Shown in pieces: positions 44,224 through 59,149 of a stretch of DNA of 64,000 nucleotides (position 1 is the stretch's first letter; each line of letters begins with the position of its first letter). The notes below the pieces were generated by a model. It was not told the origin of the DNA. It saw nothing but the letters and a program-made list of their open reading frames with translations, and searched no databases. Both the position numbers and the translations under genes were made by a program. Location of the stretch: contig JAMWBK010000002.1 in the NCBI GenBank assembly GCA_029953675.1, forward strand, positions 2,046,001-2,110,000, given 5' to 3'. The stretch is from Rhodosorus marinus CCMP1338 (Eukaryota; Plantae; Rhodophyta).

Positions 44224-44728
44224 ATGGCTATGCGGGTAACTGCCAACGGAGATGTTGTTCTTACTGGAAAGACGACGATAAGAAATGGGCAGATGGTACC
44301 TGGCGGTGCCAGTATGGCGCCTTGGCCACTGTCTATGATGCCTGGTGTGGAATCTCTTACTTCATTGATGAACTTGGGGTATATTTTCCTCGTTTCTTTT
44401 GTGGATATTAATTGGGAGGCCAGACAGATTGCCAATCCTTCGTCCGGGTATGGAAGAACTCCGCCTCCGTCAGGTGGATCAGGCGGATTTGGAGGAGGTG
44501 GTGGTGGTGGTGGCGGCAGTGGTGGAAACGGAGGAAACGGAGGAAACCCTGGACCACCCCCAAGGAAGCAAATGGGTAAGGAAGATGCTAGACAAGACAA
44601 GTTGACTCGGAACCAGCGTCTGAGAAGAGCACCCACTTTTTTCGCTTTTCTTTCATGCAGGCACCCAGGGCTTAAGCCCAGGTCTGTTCTCCGGGGGTTG
44701 CAGCAGCGGCGCATGCGGTGCTATATGA
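44224..44728 (+). CDS. SelK/SelG-family small ER membrane protein, Cys-containing homolog; 2 exons
   Basis: NGQMV...PW.LS, one hydrophobic segment, G/P-rich linker, PPPRKQMG; intron 44576-44660 gives C-terminus GGCSSGACGAI*. Confidence 0.6.
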
Positions 44729-45058
44729 TTTGCAACATATGACCTGCTCCTCGTCTTTATTCTCAGCCTCAAATATGAGGGGTGCCCATAAAAACGTCCT
44801 CTAGGAAACATGAAGTGCATCTAATATTTGTACTGTCTACTACATCAGACGAACCGTGACAACCGTAAAACTATTCCGCATTTGATATCTTGTCGAAAAC
44901 CTACTTGCAACAAAAAACCCAAAAGAACGACACTAAAGCTGCGGGTCTAGCTCCCTCACTGTGCACCAACTAGTTCTCTTTCAATGTTCACGAACACATA
45001 TCTACCCACTGCTAAAAACAAAACCAAACCACCAAGATCGTACACCCTCCTCAACCGC

Positions 45059-46309
45059 TTACGTCCCTTTGAAAGGGATCATTTCTAAGCTGAACTCCTC
45101 AGCGAAGCAATCGGACAAATCCTTTCGAACTTGTTCCGGTGTGACTACATACCAAAAAACACAAATATGACCAAATCAGATGGACGGAGGATGATCATTG
45201 AGGAACCGCAGAGTCAGACAAGAAGTAGAGCAGGAGGACTATTCAATGCGGACTGAGCTGAGGCCGTCACGCTCGGGTTCCGATGAAGCCCACCTGCATT
45301 CCCCCACGGAAGGCGAAGAACCTTCTCAAGGATGGTGAGAGAGAAAAGGCAGAGGAGTTACCTTGTGGAGCAAACCGGTTTAGACAGCCAACGGACTTTT
45401 CCTTTATACCACACGGGACAATCTGATCGAAACCGGAGAGGCTGAACACAGATGACAAGTAAGACCAGTTCGTTTGAGGATGTTTGGAAGCATCTGCTAC
45501 TGGAGACAAAGATTCAGTGCTTGGTTTCACGCACTCTTCTGTAACATTGAGGGCAAATCCATGCATTGTTACCCATTTACTAGCACCCAAACCGATTGCT
45601 GCCAACTTTTGTTCTCCATTCCAGACTCCAGTTAAGCCCTGTGAGAGTCATTCAAAAGCCCAGATTAGGCGTAACCTTTGGATTCTTGTTCGCCTTGTCC
45701 GAAACGGTGATGGCAATAGCTGAACGCTTACTTACTTCCTTTCGAGTGCCTTCGACGTCGTACTTTGCGAGTGTGTTGATGATGACTTGTTCCAGCGATC
45801 GGATGTACCATCTCAGATCTTTCTTATGGTTTCTAAGATTGACAATTGGATATCCAACCTGCGCATTGATTCAGAGATCGATCCATCAGATCGTGAAGGC
45901 TATTTTAGCTGGCTTTAGAAGAGCCTTTCCGTCCTACCACCTGTCCCGGTCCGTGGTAAGTGACTTCACCACCACGGTCAATTCTATGGACGTCCCACGG
46001 CGGGTTTTGAAGATCAAACTTGACGTGTTCTTCCGACGATGCCCGACCGAGAGTATAGACTGGTTGATGTTCGAGAAGGATCAGAACATCAGGCAGGTCT
46101 CTTCCACTTTCTACCATCCTGGATGAACAAAGCAGTCAAATGGATTAGAAAGCAAATTCGAGGAAAACTCTCAATTCTACTTGTTTCACGAGTTTCTGAA
46201 CTGAGTACCTTTCACACCGGAGAGATCTCTGCCATTCCCATGCGGTCTGATAGCGTACTCGACCCTTCACATTGTAGTACCAGCAGAATCGCCGCGCGGC
46301 AGCGTTCAT
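45059..46309 (-). CDS. LIP2: Octanoyltransferase LipB/LIP2 (lipoate biosynthesis); multi-exon
   Basis: [74 protein letters not shown], last exon [18 protein letters not shown]; N-terminus not resolved. Confidence 0.92.
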
Positions 46310-46925
46310 CTCCCTCCGAAGCCCCACCCACCAACACGTCGACAGTCACCTAACCACTCTTGCTCCGAGTGATCGATGATCAATGATGATTACTTCAGAT
46401 TATTTCATCTTCAAAAATTGTTGATAGACAAACTTTGTACGGAAGCACTTCATCCAGCACAATAGGCTGTCGTTAAAGCTCAACTGGCAGTGGATATCAA
46501 ACGCTTTAACCTTTCGACCGAGTGGGGAGGAAAGACACCGCTTGCATGTGCAAAGGAGAGGTATCGAGGACAACGGGATTCTAGTCCATGCTCAAAAATT
46601 TCAATGATGATGATCTGAGATATACCAGCTCTTCGAGCAGCGACAGAGTGGACGATGTAAGGGTGGCTTGGCTTTTGTTCAACCCGGTACTTCGCAAGGA
46701 CGAAGGATATGATAAAGCTTAGGGCGACGGCAAAAAAGTTTTCCTCATCGCAACGATCAGCAGCTGGATCTCACGATCGATTCATCAGAGCAGATCCAGA
46801 AGGACCGAAAACGGCAAAAACCTGGGAGAGGGGCGAGCAGAAGTTGCGGTCTTCTGTAGAGTACTGCTTCCTCTTTTGAGCTCTGAAAACAAGTCGTCGT
46901 GAAAAAACTCTTTCCTCTTGTTGTT

Positions 46926-49900
46926 TTACTGATAACCCAGCATTTCCCATGCTTGGAAGTCCTTCTGTGCACGCTCCTGGGCCATCTTGTCCATAATTCG
47001 TCTGTGGGCCACCTTGAGGAACTCTTTATAACTCCATCCGCTCTGTGCAAGAGCGATGTTCTTGTCTTCGATCAACAGCGGGAGGTACTGGTTCTGCTCC
47101 GCACCGTCGCTAGATCCCGCTGGAGCAACAATAACTTGCGTCAGGTTGCTCTTGGATTCCAAGATTCTCGTAATGATTGCAGAGATTCTCATCGCGAGCT
47201 CCCCTTGGCCTTCTACGATCAGTCGAAAAGCAATAGGTATCTTAGTTGGAAGAAGGGATCATTCGAAAACGCTTCCTCGAGAGGTTTTTTGGTCATATGA
47301 ACGGGTTACCTTCGCCAAGACGGAGCCTATAGACACCAGTAGACATATCAAAGATCTCCTGGATTAGCTCTGGTGAGCACGCTTTCCCATACCACAGGAG
47401 TAGTCTTAAACCGTTGTCCACTAGGAACATCCTCTCATCCGCGAGAAACTCGCTGCTTAGGGGAACCGATGCTGGCAAAGCAATGGGCTCGCCCTCTGGA
47501 GGGAATCCATCCTGTGGAGCGCGCGGGAGCTGGAAGTAGGAAATGAAAGAGCACATTTAGTAAGAAGGTCAGGCAGTGACTCGACTGTTCTGGTCTTGGG
47601 CAACTTACCCCGGCGAATTCGTCCAGCTGGCTCAGGAGAACCATTCTTGGGTATGCGAAAGTCGTTATGTCTTGTGGTCGAGCTGTGGAGAGGAACAGTA
47701 AGGCCGCGGCTCTCTCATCGGTGGAAACTACGCCGAGGTTCTGACCCGAAGGTTGTGGCCTGAAGGCAGAGGACTTCAGGATACCCAGAATCATTACCGG
47801 GAGCAGCTTAAGAGTCTCCGGGAGAACTAGTTTCGTCGACTGCGACTTGGGGGGGTTGCAGAATTTTCTGTAGACGAATAGTATATGCGCCGTCTTCTCA
47901 ATCAATGCCTCACGCACTTTGGACAAGACCCTTGATCCGCTAAATGCGGCGTTTGCCGCCCTCATGCACATCATCGCCACCACCGCGTCCAGATCTGCGC
48001 TTCTGAAAGTGTCCTGCAACACCGTCGTCTTCGGTGGGAACATTGTATGGACCCGGATCCTTCGTCGCCCTGCTAGGTCAGTGTACAAGATTGCACATTG
48101 AATGCACACATTGTTCGAAAACGCGCTGGCACTGATCATCGATCCTCCACCGAGGTTGGTCTGAATCTGTCCATCATGTTTCAACTCCAAAGCCATGACA
48201 GAGTCCACTCCCATGACCGGAGCGATGACATCGTTTCTCCTCTGCGGCCGGCCAAAACTGCCCATGTACTCTCCAGTCTCCAGGCCCTTCGACGCCCTCA
48301 CCTTGACCATCGCGTCCAAGGCTCGAACTCCCCAAATCGCGTTGACCAGAATCTTCCGAACACTCACGTCGTCCTTTCGATAGTCAAAGTTTGTCAATAA
48401 AAATCCTCGACCGCCCGAAGCTCTGGGAAGCCTCAGCAGGGAGGCTGCATCGACGTAGGGCTGTTGTGTCGCAATCACCATATCAACCGAGATTTGTAAT
48501 TCCGCCATCTGCGAGCCAAGATCATCGTAAAATGGTGTTTCATCCTTCAAGAGAGCTTTCTCCCGTTCCTCACTCGAAACAGAACCTCCGCCTCTCCGCT
48601 CAAGTTTTCCGCTTCCAACGCTTGGAATACCTCCAGTTACCACGAAAACCTAAACGACAATTGCGAGTTAAGAGCAGCGGTCAAAACGTAGGGAAACCGA
48701 ACCCTAAAAGCAACCCTGGCGTGTCTACATGTGCCTCACACGTTGTCCAGAAGGCCTACTGTTGCCTAATCATGTGCACGGGTGGATTGAAAGATGTCCT
48801 ACCTTTCCTCCAATATCAGCAAGAGCTTGCTTGGCAGCGACTACTGCCGCTCCAAGTGCATTTCCTGACGGAGGAGGGCCTCCTTTAAGTTGAGAGGGAT
48901 CCATGAGGGAAAACGCATTCGAAATCATCTCAATCACTGAAATTGCACGTTCCGGAGGCTGGAAGAACGCCTCAGGTCCGATCGGTATGAAAGGGTCGCT
49001 CGTGTCCGGGACATATTGCACTCTGGCTTGTCCGTCTCCACGGCCGTCATAAAAATGTAGTGACTGATCGAACGTTATGATTCCAATCTTTGCACCTGAG
49101 CTTCCTCCGGGAAGTGCGTTGGCTTCTAGTATTGACTGAACTGATTGTACAGCGACTGTTGCAAGACCAGTAGAAATACCCGACGCAGAAACATCAACGC
49201 AGACCACGAAATGTGGTGGTGTGGGATCGGTGGCAAAATAGTCCTTGTTCCCGACGACATAGCTGCGGTAGGAAGCGACAGAAAAAAAAACAATCCGTTA
49301 AGTACAGGGTTCAGCATAGTTCTGCTGCTGGACCGTTTGAAAGGAGGCAAAGGCTTACTCTACACTTCCATATCGAAACTCGTGCCTATAGTCGATGTCC
49401 AACCTCAGCCCATTCGCTGGGTTGGTGGCACACATATGTTCACTCGGCGTGTCGTTCTCATGTCCACACAGATTGCAGTGGAACTTGTTCCCCGAGTCCA
49501 CGAATCTGAAACCTGGATTGGCGTACCCGTTGCAACTGGAGCATCGAAGGGGCCCTCCACCGCCAGCGGTCGTGAGATCAACGTCCAAAACCCCAGCCTC
49601 TCCAGGGTCGGGATCAGCAAACGGCGTGAGAATCAATCCCAGTGGGATCGAAGACGTTGCTTGCATCGATGAGTCGGCGGGGATCGAGTTCACCGTTAGC
49701 CGCATGAATCTTGGCGTACAGCTTCCAGTATCTACACCTATGAAGTCATTCCTGCTGGCAGGTGGAGGACCAACACCTGGAGCCGACCCGTCGGCTACAG
49801 AATTGTAGACTTCCCGTTTCGAGCCGCAGGCAGGCTCGATCGCAGTCGGTCGAGGAAGTGCTGGCTCCCTAAAAGATCACGTGAAAAAGACGGAAGAAAT

Positions 49901-50507
49901 TCCAATATATGCTTGAGCGAGATGCTTTGCATAATTCAAGGATTCATTATGGTGGTATGTCATACCCCACTCCAGGTGAACCCAGAGGTTCTTGCGGCTG
50001 TTGCGGGTACATCTGGGGTTCCAGTGACGACATTCCAGGGGCTTGTCCTTGTTGATAGGTCGCTGGAGCTCCGTAAGCGGCCGGCTGTTGTCCACCGTAG
50101 TCCGATGCGCCATAAGGCTGTGCCGGTGCACCATACGGTTGTGTCGATGAACCATAGGGCTGTGTCGACGTACCATAAGGCTGTGTCGATGCACCGTAAG
50201 GCTGATCTGGTGCGGGGTAAGGCTGCGCTGATGAATCTTGAAGGCCAATGTTACTCATCCCGCTAGCGATGGAATTTACATCAGCTTGTGGTTGATACAT
50301 TGGAGGTTGCTGCTGCTGAGCCCCCGCAGATGCCCCCGGAGGAAGGGGCCTCTGATGTAATAGTGACGTCCCTTGAGGCTGCATAGGAGGTTGGGCCATT
50401 GTCATGTCCGTCCCGACCGCATTCTGCCCGTAGGGTGCTCCCATCGAACCCTGCTGAGGAGGATTAGGTATGGACCCGCCATAATTCGGATCCGGGTACC
50501 TGCTCAT
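46926..50507 (-). CDS. SEC24: COPII coat subunit Sec24 (Sec24C/D-like); multi-exon
   Basis: P/Q/G-rich N-terminus with QPYG repeats; PLGLILTPF, PLRCSSCNGYANP..CNLC zinc finger, vWA trunk (VCVDVS..ITFD), beta-barrel, helical and gelsolin-like segments. Confidence 0.95.
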
Positions 50508-52112
50508 CCCCCCAAAATTCCCTCGCGGGTAATCCGCCCTACCTATCCCCCCGTCCAGATGATCTCGAAAATATTCACCCTCTCAACATGAATCCAACTC
50601 AAGAGAAAAGCCAACCCAATTGATTGCTACAGTCAAGATCAACAAAACCTAACTCCTCTTTCCTCCCGAAAACCCCCACCAACTCACCACAGGCAGTATC
50701 CAACCGCGTACTTCAGTCAGCTTTGGAAGTCAAAGACACCCTCCCCTTTTCCTTTTCTATCCTCAAAACCACTCGGCAAAGACCGATTCTCTCCTACAAC
50801 GTCTGTAGCAACTTGAAATCCTTCCTGAAGCTTATCAGACTCTTCACAGCATGCCAGTTCACATCGCGACCTTGATCAACACATTAACCAAGTGTCCCAA
50901 AGTATGTGAGGCCGTCTACTTTTCGCGTTTCGTGCTTTCATTAACCAGTTTCCAATGGAATGCGGGAATGCTGGCTGGGTCAAGTCAAAGCTTGGAGAAA
51001 GAATAACAACAGACTGTGACCCTGACCGATCTTGACTAGCAAACCACTTGAATCTTCCGCGAAGTCTGTTTGTATTAAACACAGCGCTATCGATTGCTCA
51101 AAATCGAACACCGGCTCGTTTGATTTCTGTGTTCGAACTTCCTTACTAACGATGACTCCTTTCGACGGGGCACGAAAGTTGGGGAGGAAGAGGAAGGGGA
51201 GAAATCAACACAGTTTCGCAGACAAGCACTCCGTCCCATGGTTAACATCTAACGCAAACATTCCCTCCGACTATCTCACAGATCCTCATCCCAAGCCACC
51301 CTCTGCCTCACCGTTAAAGAAGGAAATATTCCACACAGTATTCCCCCGAAAAGGTCAAAAAAATTCCTTTGGTTTTCCTTACCCTCTCCAAGACCTCAAT
51401 AACCCCCAAAACGCTGTGACATCCAAACCATTCAAAAAAAAAGAAAAAAAGAACGAGCACTTCCGATCGACAATAATTTTCTTGCTACATATTTAATGAT
51501 TGAATTACAATCAATATATATATACATTGACTGGACTACTCAATTTATTTTGGAATGGAAAACAGATATTCGGCGAATTCGAGCAGAATCTGAGAGCTTG
51601 GATTGATCTTGACTGATAGAGTAGAATATTTAGAAATATTGGCTAAGTGCGGGAGTGATTAAATTTTAAGAATAAAACTAAAGCACGATATTGATTTTGT
51701 ATACTAAAAACAAACTTCGAGAGCTTCTTTTTTTTTAATTTTGTTTTAATAATTAGAGTCGGTGTAGTCATTATTCTGAAATTTTGATTGAGGTTGGCTT
51801 TGCGGAATGGATCGAATATCAACTTCCTAGAAGACGGGTTGTTTGTCGAGAAGGTGGGTGGCTTTTACGGACTTGATGGCAAGCTCATGATGTAGGTAAT
51901 TTGGGCTATGAACTCTCCTAGAAGATCAAAATCCATTCCCCTCCCCCCAAAAACAAGAGCAAAGTACTTCTAGATGAGGACACTATTGGGCTTGCACAAC
52001 CGGTGGCGGTGAGGACAAGTGATGCTCAAAATTGTGTTTCCTCATAATTTTTCCTGTCTTTTCTTTCCCTTGTCCTCCTCGTACTGTGACTAACTGATTA
52101 CAGATCGCTTCG

Positions 52113-53501
52113 TCAAGGAGCGGCTTCGACGCTGTGCATTTTCATGGCCAGTTCAAACTCCATGAACCCGTCTTTTAGAAACGGACTGCTTGGCTGCTCT
52201 AGAAGCTTCCGTTCTCTGAACTTTGTGAATCCCCAACTCGAAGTTTCCGGTGAGAAGGTGCTCGGCTCCTTCGCGAAAAATTGGGGTCGCCTTCTCTTCG
52301 TGAAGTCCGTCAGACTGAAGTCAAAATCGATAACCTTCACAAACCTTGATGTCGGTGATGCATCAACCGGATCCACGTAGAGGAAGAACGACAGGTATTT
52401 GGGAGCGGACTTGCCATTCGGGTACATTAACAGCTTCCACCGATGCTCAACGCCGGAGAAAAAGAAGGAAAATGAGTCGCTCCATACCTCCTCCTCGTCT
52501 CTCACAGACTTCCAGTCAATCTTCCATCGGTGCACAAACACGGCGTTTCTTTGCCGGAATTGCATCTTGCTAATGTCCCAATCTGAGGGGTTCTTGCACA
52601 GAGCTAAAGCTGCCTCCAAAAGCAATTCCCGCGGAACAAATTTGTATGGTACCACGTCCTCCTCGAGCTCGATCGCGGTCATAAGAGGATAGCGTACGAG
52701 TGGTATGTACGGCTCAATGAAGGTTTCTAAAGGAACAGATTCCGGGCATCGAGCTTTTGCCCATCGGAGGACAACCTTGAACAGCTGAGACTCTTCGACC
52801 TGCAAATCCTCAGAAAGCAAAAGGACTCGAAGGGACTTCTCGCTTAGGGCCAGAACGTCGTCACCCGCAAGCTGAGTGGATTCACTGGCCAAAAGCTCTT
52901 CCATGCAGGGCTGTACTAATCTTGGCTCTCCGATTCTGAGACCAATATCGAGACGCTGGAACAGCGTCATCTCGCCTTGCTCCGCCTGGTCCAGCAGGTA
53001 CTGAGCACAACAATCACTGAGGGATCCAATACCGAAGCGATTCGCCGCTTCGTAAAGCGTAAATAGGTTCTGCTCTGGAACCTCAGCGCTACCAGTATAA
53101 ACAAAATCGATTATTGCCTGAAACAGAAAAATCCGTCGCAGAGGTTGGGCAAGACATGTTAGCTAAGTGCCTAGTTCTGGATTCTCCCCATCCTGACCAT
53201 GGCACGGAAGGACGCATACCTCCACTACGATGGCTGGAAAATCCCTAATATGCAGGATTGTTCCCACCGCCTTGAGTGAATCGGCAAAGTAAACAGAAGC
53301 AGAAGCAAGGACAGCCCTGTGACAATCGATCCTCATTTCCTTGATCGGAGCCAGGTTACTCTCATCCTCACTCAAAGACGTTGGCGCCATAATCGTGCAA
53401 TCCGTAAACTTTCTATCCAACTGAAGCTTCTTCAAACTCTCAAGAACTGCTTCCGACGAAGAAACAGCAATCCTGCTCCCGAGATCATTCTCAGTCGCCA
53501 T
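52113..53501 (-). CDS. BTB/POZ-BACK-MATH domain protein; 2 exons
   Basis: BTB: FTDCTI...CHRAVLASASVYF...IIDFVYTG; BACK: LLLSEDLQVEESQLFKVVLRWAK..VRYPLM; MATH: WKLLMYPNG..YLSFFL..WGFTKF; intron 53118-53219. Confidence 0.88.
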
Positions 53502-54130
53502 CTTTCTACCTCAAAAACCCTCCTTCCTCCGTACCACAATCAAGCAGGACGCCAAAATCAAACACGAGCACTCAAAAAAGTTGGTGCAGCCCACCCCCGT
53601 AACACCTCCATTCAAATCCTCAACGACCACAGATGACTTCTTGCAAATCTCATCCTTAAGAGTCCATCCTCACACATCCAAACCAGACTTGGAAATCCCC
53701 ACCCAAAAGAGCTGTGTCAAAATGGTCTTCTTCACCCCTTCTTCCTCACCAACTCCTTCAAAACCATGAAAAGCAGAAACAAAAATGGGACAATTGATCA
53801 AAACCCCCTCAAAACAATAGTACACTCTGGCCGAACCTTTCGTTGAGCTGCATTTATACAGGGGGTAGTAGATCAAGTACCCAGCCACGGCTCAAATCAT
53901 AATTAGCATTGTGTTTAGTCTATAAAACGTTTTTGGAAAAACTAATATTCATGATTTTGAATATTTAGGAAAATAAGACATAATGTAGAATACTCGTGTC
54001 ATGTTTTGGGTAGAATGGATCCCCGTCCAAAATTCTTGCTTTCTTCCTCCCCCTCCGAAAGATGCTCGCTCAGCTAAGTCGTTGATTTCTTATTTCGGAA
54101 CTTTTTGGCTTGGGATCTGATCGACTTTGA

Positions 54131-54511
54131 GTGTTCGGACGCCTTGGGATCAAGTGGATCTGTTCTACTGCGTACAGGAGGAAGGAGGCATTGTATGGTG
54201 CAGAGGAGGTTCTAGGAACAGTAAGAAATTCGTTGGCACGAACGAGAACCACTTTGAAACCCAACCGAGGGAGCGCCATCAGCACCAAAGCTCTTCCCCC
54301 TAGCGTTTCGGGTTGGGGCTCTAGTTCTAAGAGTAAGTCCCTATTCGACCAACAGAAGCCAGTGCTCATGAAATCGTTTAACGGCTTCCCCCGAATCCCT
54401 CATCTGCGACTTCCCGACAAACTCATCGAAGATCATAACCCCAAAACTCAGGTGCAGATCTCTCAATATTGGCGCTCATCGCCCTCAATCACTAGCACAA
54501 AGGAGGCTTGA
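54131..54511 (+). CDS. Possible orphan ORF, 126 aa
   Basis: Lies on the divergent side of an AT-rich promoter island (~53900-54000); non-ATG start in the ORF track; no recognisable motif. Confidence 0.2.
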   Translation: MFGRLGIKWICSTAYRRKEALYGAEEVLGTVRNSLARTRTTLKPNRGSAISTKALPPSVSGWGSSSKSKSLFDQQKPVLMKSFNGFPRIPHLRLPDKLIEDHNPKTQVQISQYWRSSPSITSTKEA

Positions 54512-55027
54512 GCATCCAGTAAGGTGTGTAAAACCAAACGCCTCAAGAGTTTGAGGCTCGCTCTGTCCAGTATGCACTTGTTGATGGTGACTGCCCAAGA
54601 AGAACTACTATCCACAAAATGGTACTTTATTTCCAATAAACTGCAAATGGAACCTCGCTTATTATCAACTCAAAATTTCTTCATTTACTAAGCAATGAAA
54701 AGCATTGAGTTTTGGACGCTTGAACGAGTGACTAGAATCAGATTTGCTGACGGCGGCTTTAACTCTGCCTGTGGCTTTGGCCAACCAGTGAGGGACATCA
54801 ACGGCTAGTCTGAGCAATCATGGGTGGATGCTTTTGCTGATACAAGGGAGCAACTTCGTATGCACCGATTTGGTTATTTAGTATTAGTAATCATGGGAGC
54901 GCTGTGACCTGTTGAGAGCGACGCTCATATTTGGGATGAATCAGACAGGTTGAGCACAGGAAAGGGAAACGGGGATAGTGACAGGCAAGTATGCTTATTC
55001 TGGGGTTGTTCACAATATCGGACAGTA

Positions 55028-56393
<1,366 letters not shown>

Positions 56394-57514
56394 CTCGTTT
56401 CCAAAAGGGCAGACGACCAACCGCAGATATAGGATAGCAACTTGCTTCGCCCCGCAAGAATTCCACAATAACTTCCGAACAAAAGGGCCTAACCCACTTC
56501 CTCAAAAGCAACTCAGTCTCGTCCAGATCCAGGTGCTTTCCCTACCGAACTCCGCATCCTCTCCTATCAACCTCTTCGTGAATATGAGATTAGCTGGTTT
56601 CTGCTTGCTAGTGCTCGCAGTTTTCATTTGTTTTTCAGAGGATTCTTAAGGCATCCGCCTGGGATAGCTAGATCTTATAGAGTTCGCTGCGGACACGTCC
56701 GAGCTTCACAACGGACATCATCAAACGATCATCCAGATTCGGGCATGGACATGATGCCCATCCAGCAAGGGGACTGGTTTCAGGAAAACTCGCCAACAAA
56801 GCTCTAGGATCTGCTGATTCAAGAGGGAATAAAAGCCTTTTCAAAAGAGCCTAATTCTTCTATTCTTTGATCTATCAGCATCGGATAGCTAGAGCTAGAT
56901 CTGAGTAAGCTCACACCTGCCCAAAGGTCCCCAGCCTCCATGAAGTCCCAACAATTATTTCCCTGTCCCCAATACTACGGCATTGAGAACAATCACAAAT
57001 ACCAATTCCTGCAAAATCGAAGAACTCTAACAACCCCTAAAGTTTCTATAGAAGAATCTGTTGTTCTGATATTTGAAACCCAAACCAGATCTCCCCAAGT
57101 TCGGTGTTCATTCACCATTGGTTGAAGTTGTATTTAATTAAAAACTAAAAAAGGCTAATGAATATTTTCAACGATATTTATATTTCAAATAATTGAAAAG
57201 TTAACAATTAAGCAAAATAGACGTTATTAAAATGAAATATGTTGTGATATTTTAGCTAAATTCATCCATTCTCCGTAATTATTGGACAATAATACTTAAT
57301 TATCGCAAAAAACTCTTCTCAAATTATATTTTAGCTATACAATTCTTGAGATTTTAATAGCTTAAAAATATTGAGCTAAATCTTTTGGTGTTCAATTTAG
57401 TTAATATTACAAATATCCTGGAGTACTTTCTTAAGAGTAATTTGCAGATACACTTGAGGAGGTGTTTTTTGTATCTTGTTTTGATAAGAGCTCAAGGACA
57501 ATCTGTCCCTGCGC

Positions 57515-59149
57515 TCAACCTTTTCTCTGTCTCTTAGTGGCCTGGGGGAAGACGAGTGGCGCTTCAAGCGTAGCGATGGCAGGAATCGTTCTTGCCTGTC
57601 TACCAGTACCAGATGCTTTGATTCCTTTTGTTAATTTACAACCCAGATGCTTGAAGTATGTTTTGCACCTGTCATCAAGTCCGAAAAAGACGTACATGAG
57701 TTCAAAGGTTGGTGAGAAGCGACTGGCCTAGGTTTTTGCCATCAGCCTAGCCCTAGCTTGACCCAACGTGAAAAGGAAATAGAAAGAGAACTTGATTTTG
57801 TACATACTTTGTTAGAGTCAGCCTAAGCGCCTTGTAGATCTCCGTGATTTCATCAGAGAATCCTACTGCTGTGAGCCACAGTACCAGACAGTACATGATA
57901 AGTCGATCCGAATCCTTCTGTCCTCTGATAAGCCTTTGGAGCGAGACAAGCAGACAAGTGACGCGAGAGTTAAGTTTGGCCGTTCACGTTTTGTACCTCC
58001 GAAAAGTGCAGTTTGTGGATCTGGTCACACACCTTGAACGATCAGCAGTGGCTGCGTCTTCTTGCATGAAGTCTATAGATAGCCGTTCGGCGGTTTTGAT
58101 TGGTGCGGAGGTGGCCTCCTGTATGATCAGGCTCGCCGTCCTCTTCGAAACTCCTCGCACACCGCTGCTGAACCGAAGTAAATAGTTCAGGTACACCGCG
58201 CTCTGTATTTTCCTTCTCACGCCCTCATCAAACGGCTCCGACGTTTCACTCAGAGCCTTGCCCAAAACTTGGAGAGTGATGTCTAAAAGTCCGTATTTCT
58301 GCTTCGCCTCATCCGCCCTGTTCGCTTTCACGAAACTAGCTACCAGCTCCGCAGTACTTTCCACTTCCTTCCATTCAGAGGCGGTGATCAGCCCCTCAAG
58401 CGGGTACGTCTCGTCGACCTTGTTTCAAGGCGATAAGGTTCATCAGCATTTCGATTTGAGCCATTTCAGCAGAGGAATTGTCTCACCTTATCCGTGTTTG
58501 GATTGTGAGGGGGTAGATCCTGAGTCACAATGGCACTCTCTGTGGATATCTTTCCGACTTGCGACGAGATGGTGTTCTGTAATGCCCGAGCCTCATCCTC
58601 AGCTATCTTCTCGGTTGTAACTCTGCCTTCAATCTTATTCTGTAGACTTCTCTTTCCACGCTTGCCTCCAAACTGTTGAACAAGTTCAGCCTTGGTCACG
58701 GCATCGTCGCTCGGTTCAGTTTCAGTGCGAGGCTTCGTGTCTGCTCGTGAGAGCAAGAAAAGGGATCGCACATGCGATACCTTCATCGTCTTCTTTTTCC
58801 GATCTACCGCGCAAACAAAGTATCTGATGTCGTGACATTGCGACAACAACGTGAGAACAGCTTCTCTACGCTGGTAGACGTTTGGATGGGCACGATTTAC
58901 TCACTTTACTGGAGAAGAAGAATCGCTCTTCCCCGAAAGTGTTGCCGCTCCAACGTCAACCGACAAGCACGAGGACTTCTGACTGTCATCTTGAACTTGA
59001 ATAGACGGCTGTTCTGCTTGCCCCTCAGAATTTAACGCCTCCTCCAACTCCTTGTCGACCGCTCCGGAGAACCTAACAAGTAGTGGCAATTCACGCTCAT
59101 TTTCGTTGCTTCTGACGACGGAAACCTCGAGGACGTCGCTCGAGTTCAT
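57515..59149 (-). CDS. RPA49: RNA polymerase I subunit RPA49 (A49/POLR1E); multi-exon
   Basis: ELVQQFGGKRGKRSLQNK, DLPPHNPNT, YPLEGLI..SEW, C-terminal LGC...ATLEAPLVFP. Confidence 0.8.

Noticed and set aside
44190-44714. 174-aa Pro-rich antisense ORF
   Set aside because: Mirror of the Gly-rich SelK-like exon
44735-44800. SECIS element for the SelK-like gene
   Set aside because: Hairpin present, but it lacks the unpaired AA motif and the ATGA...GA quartet spacing
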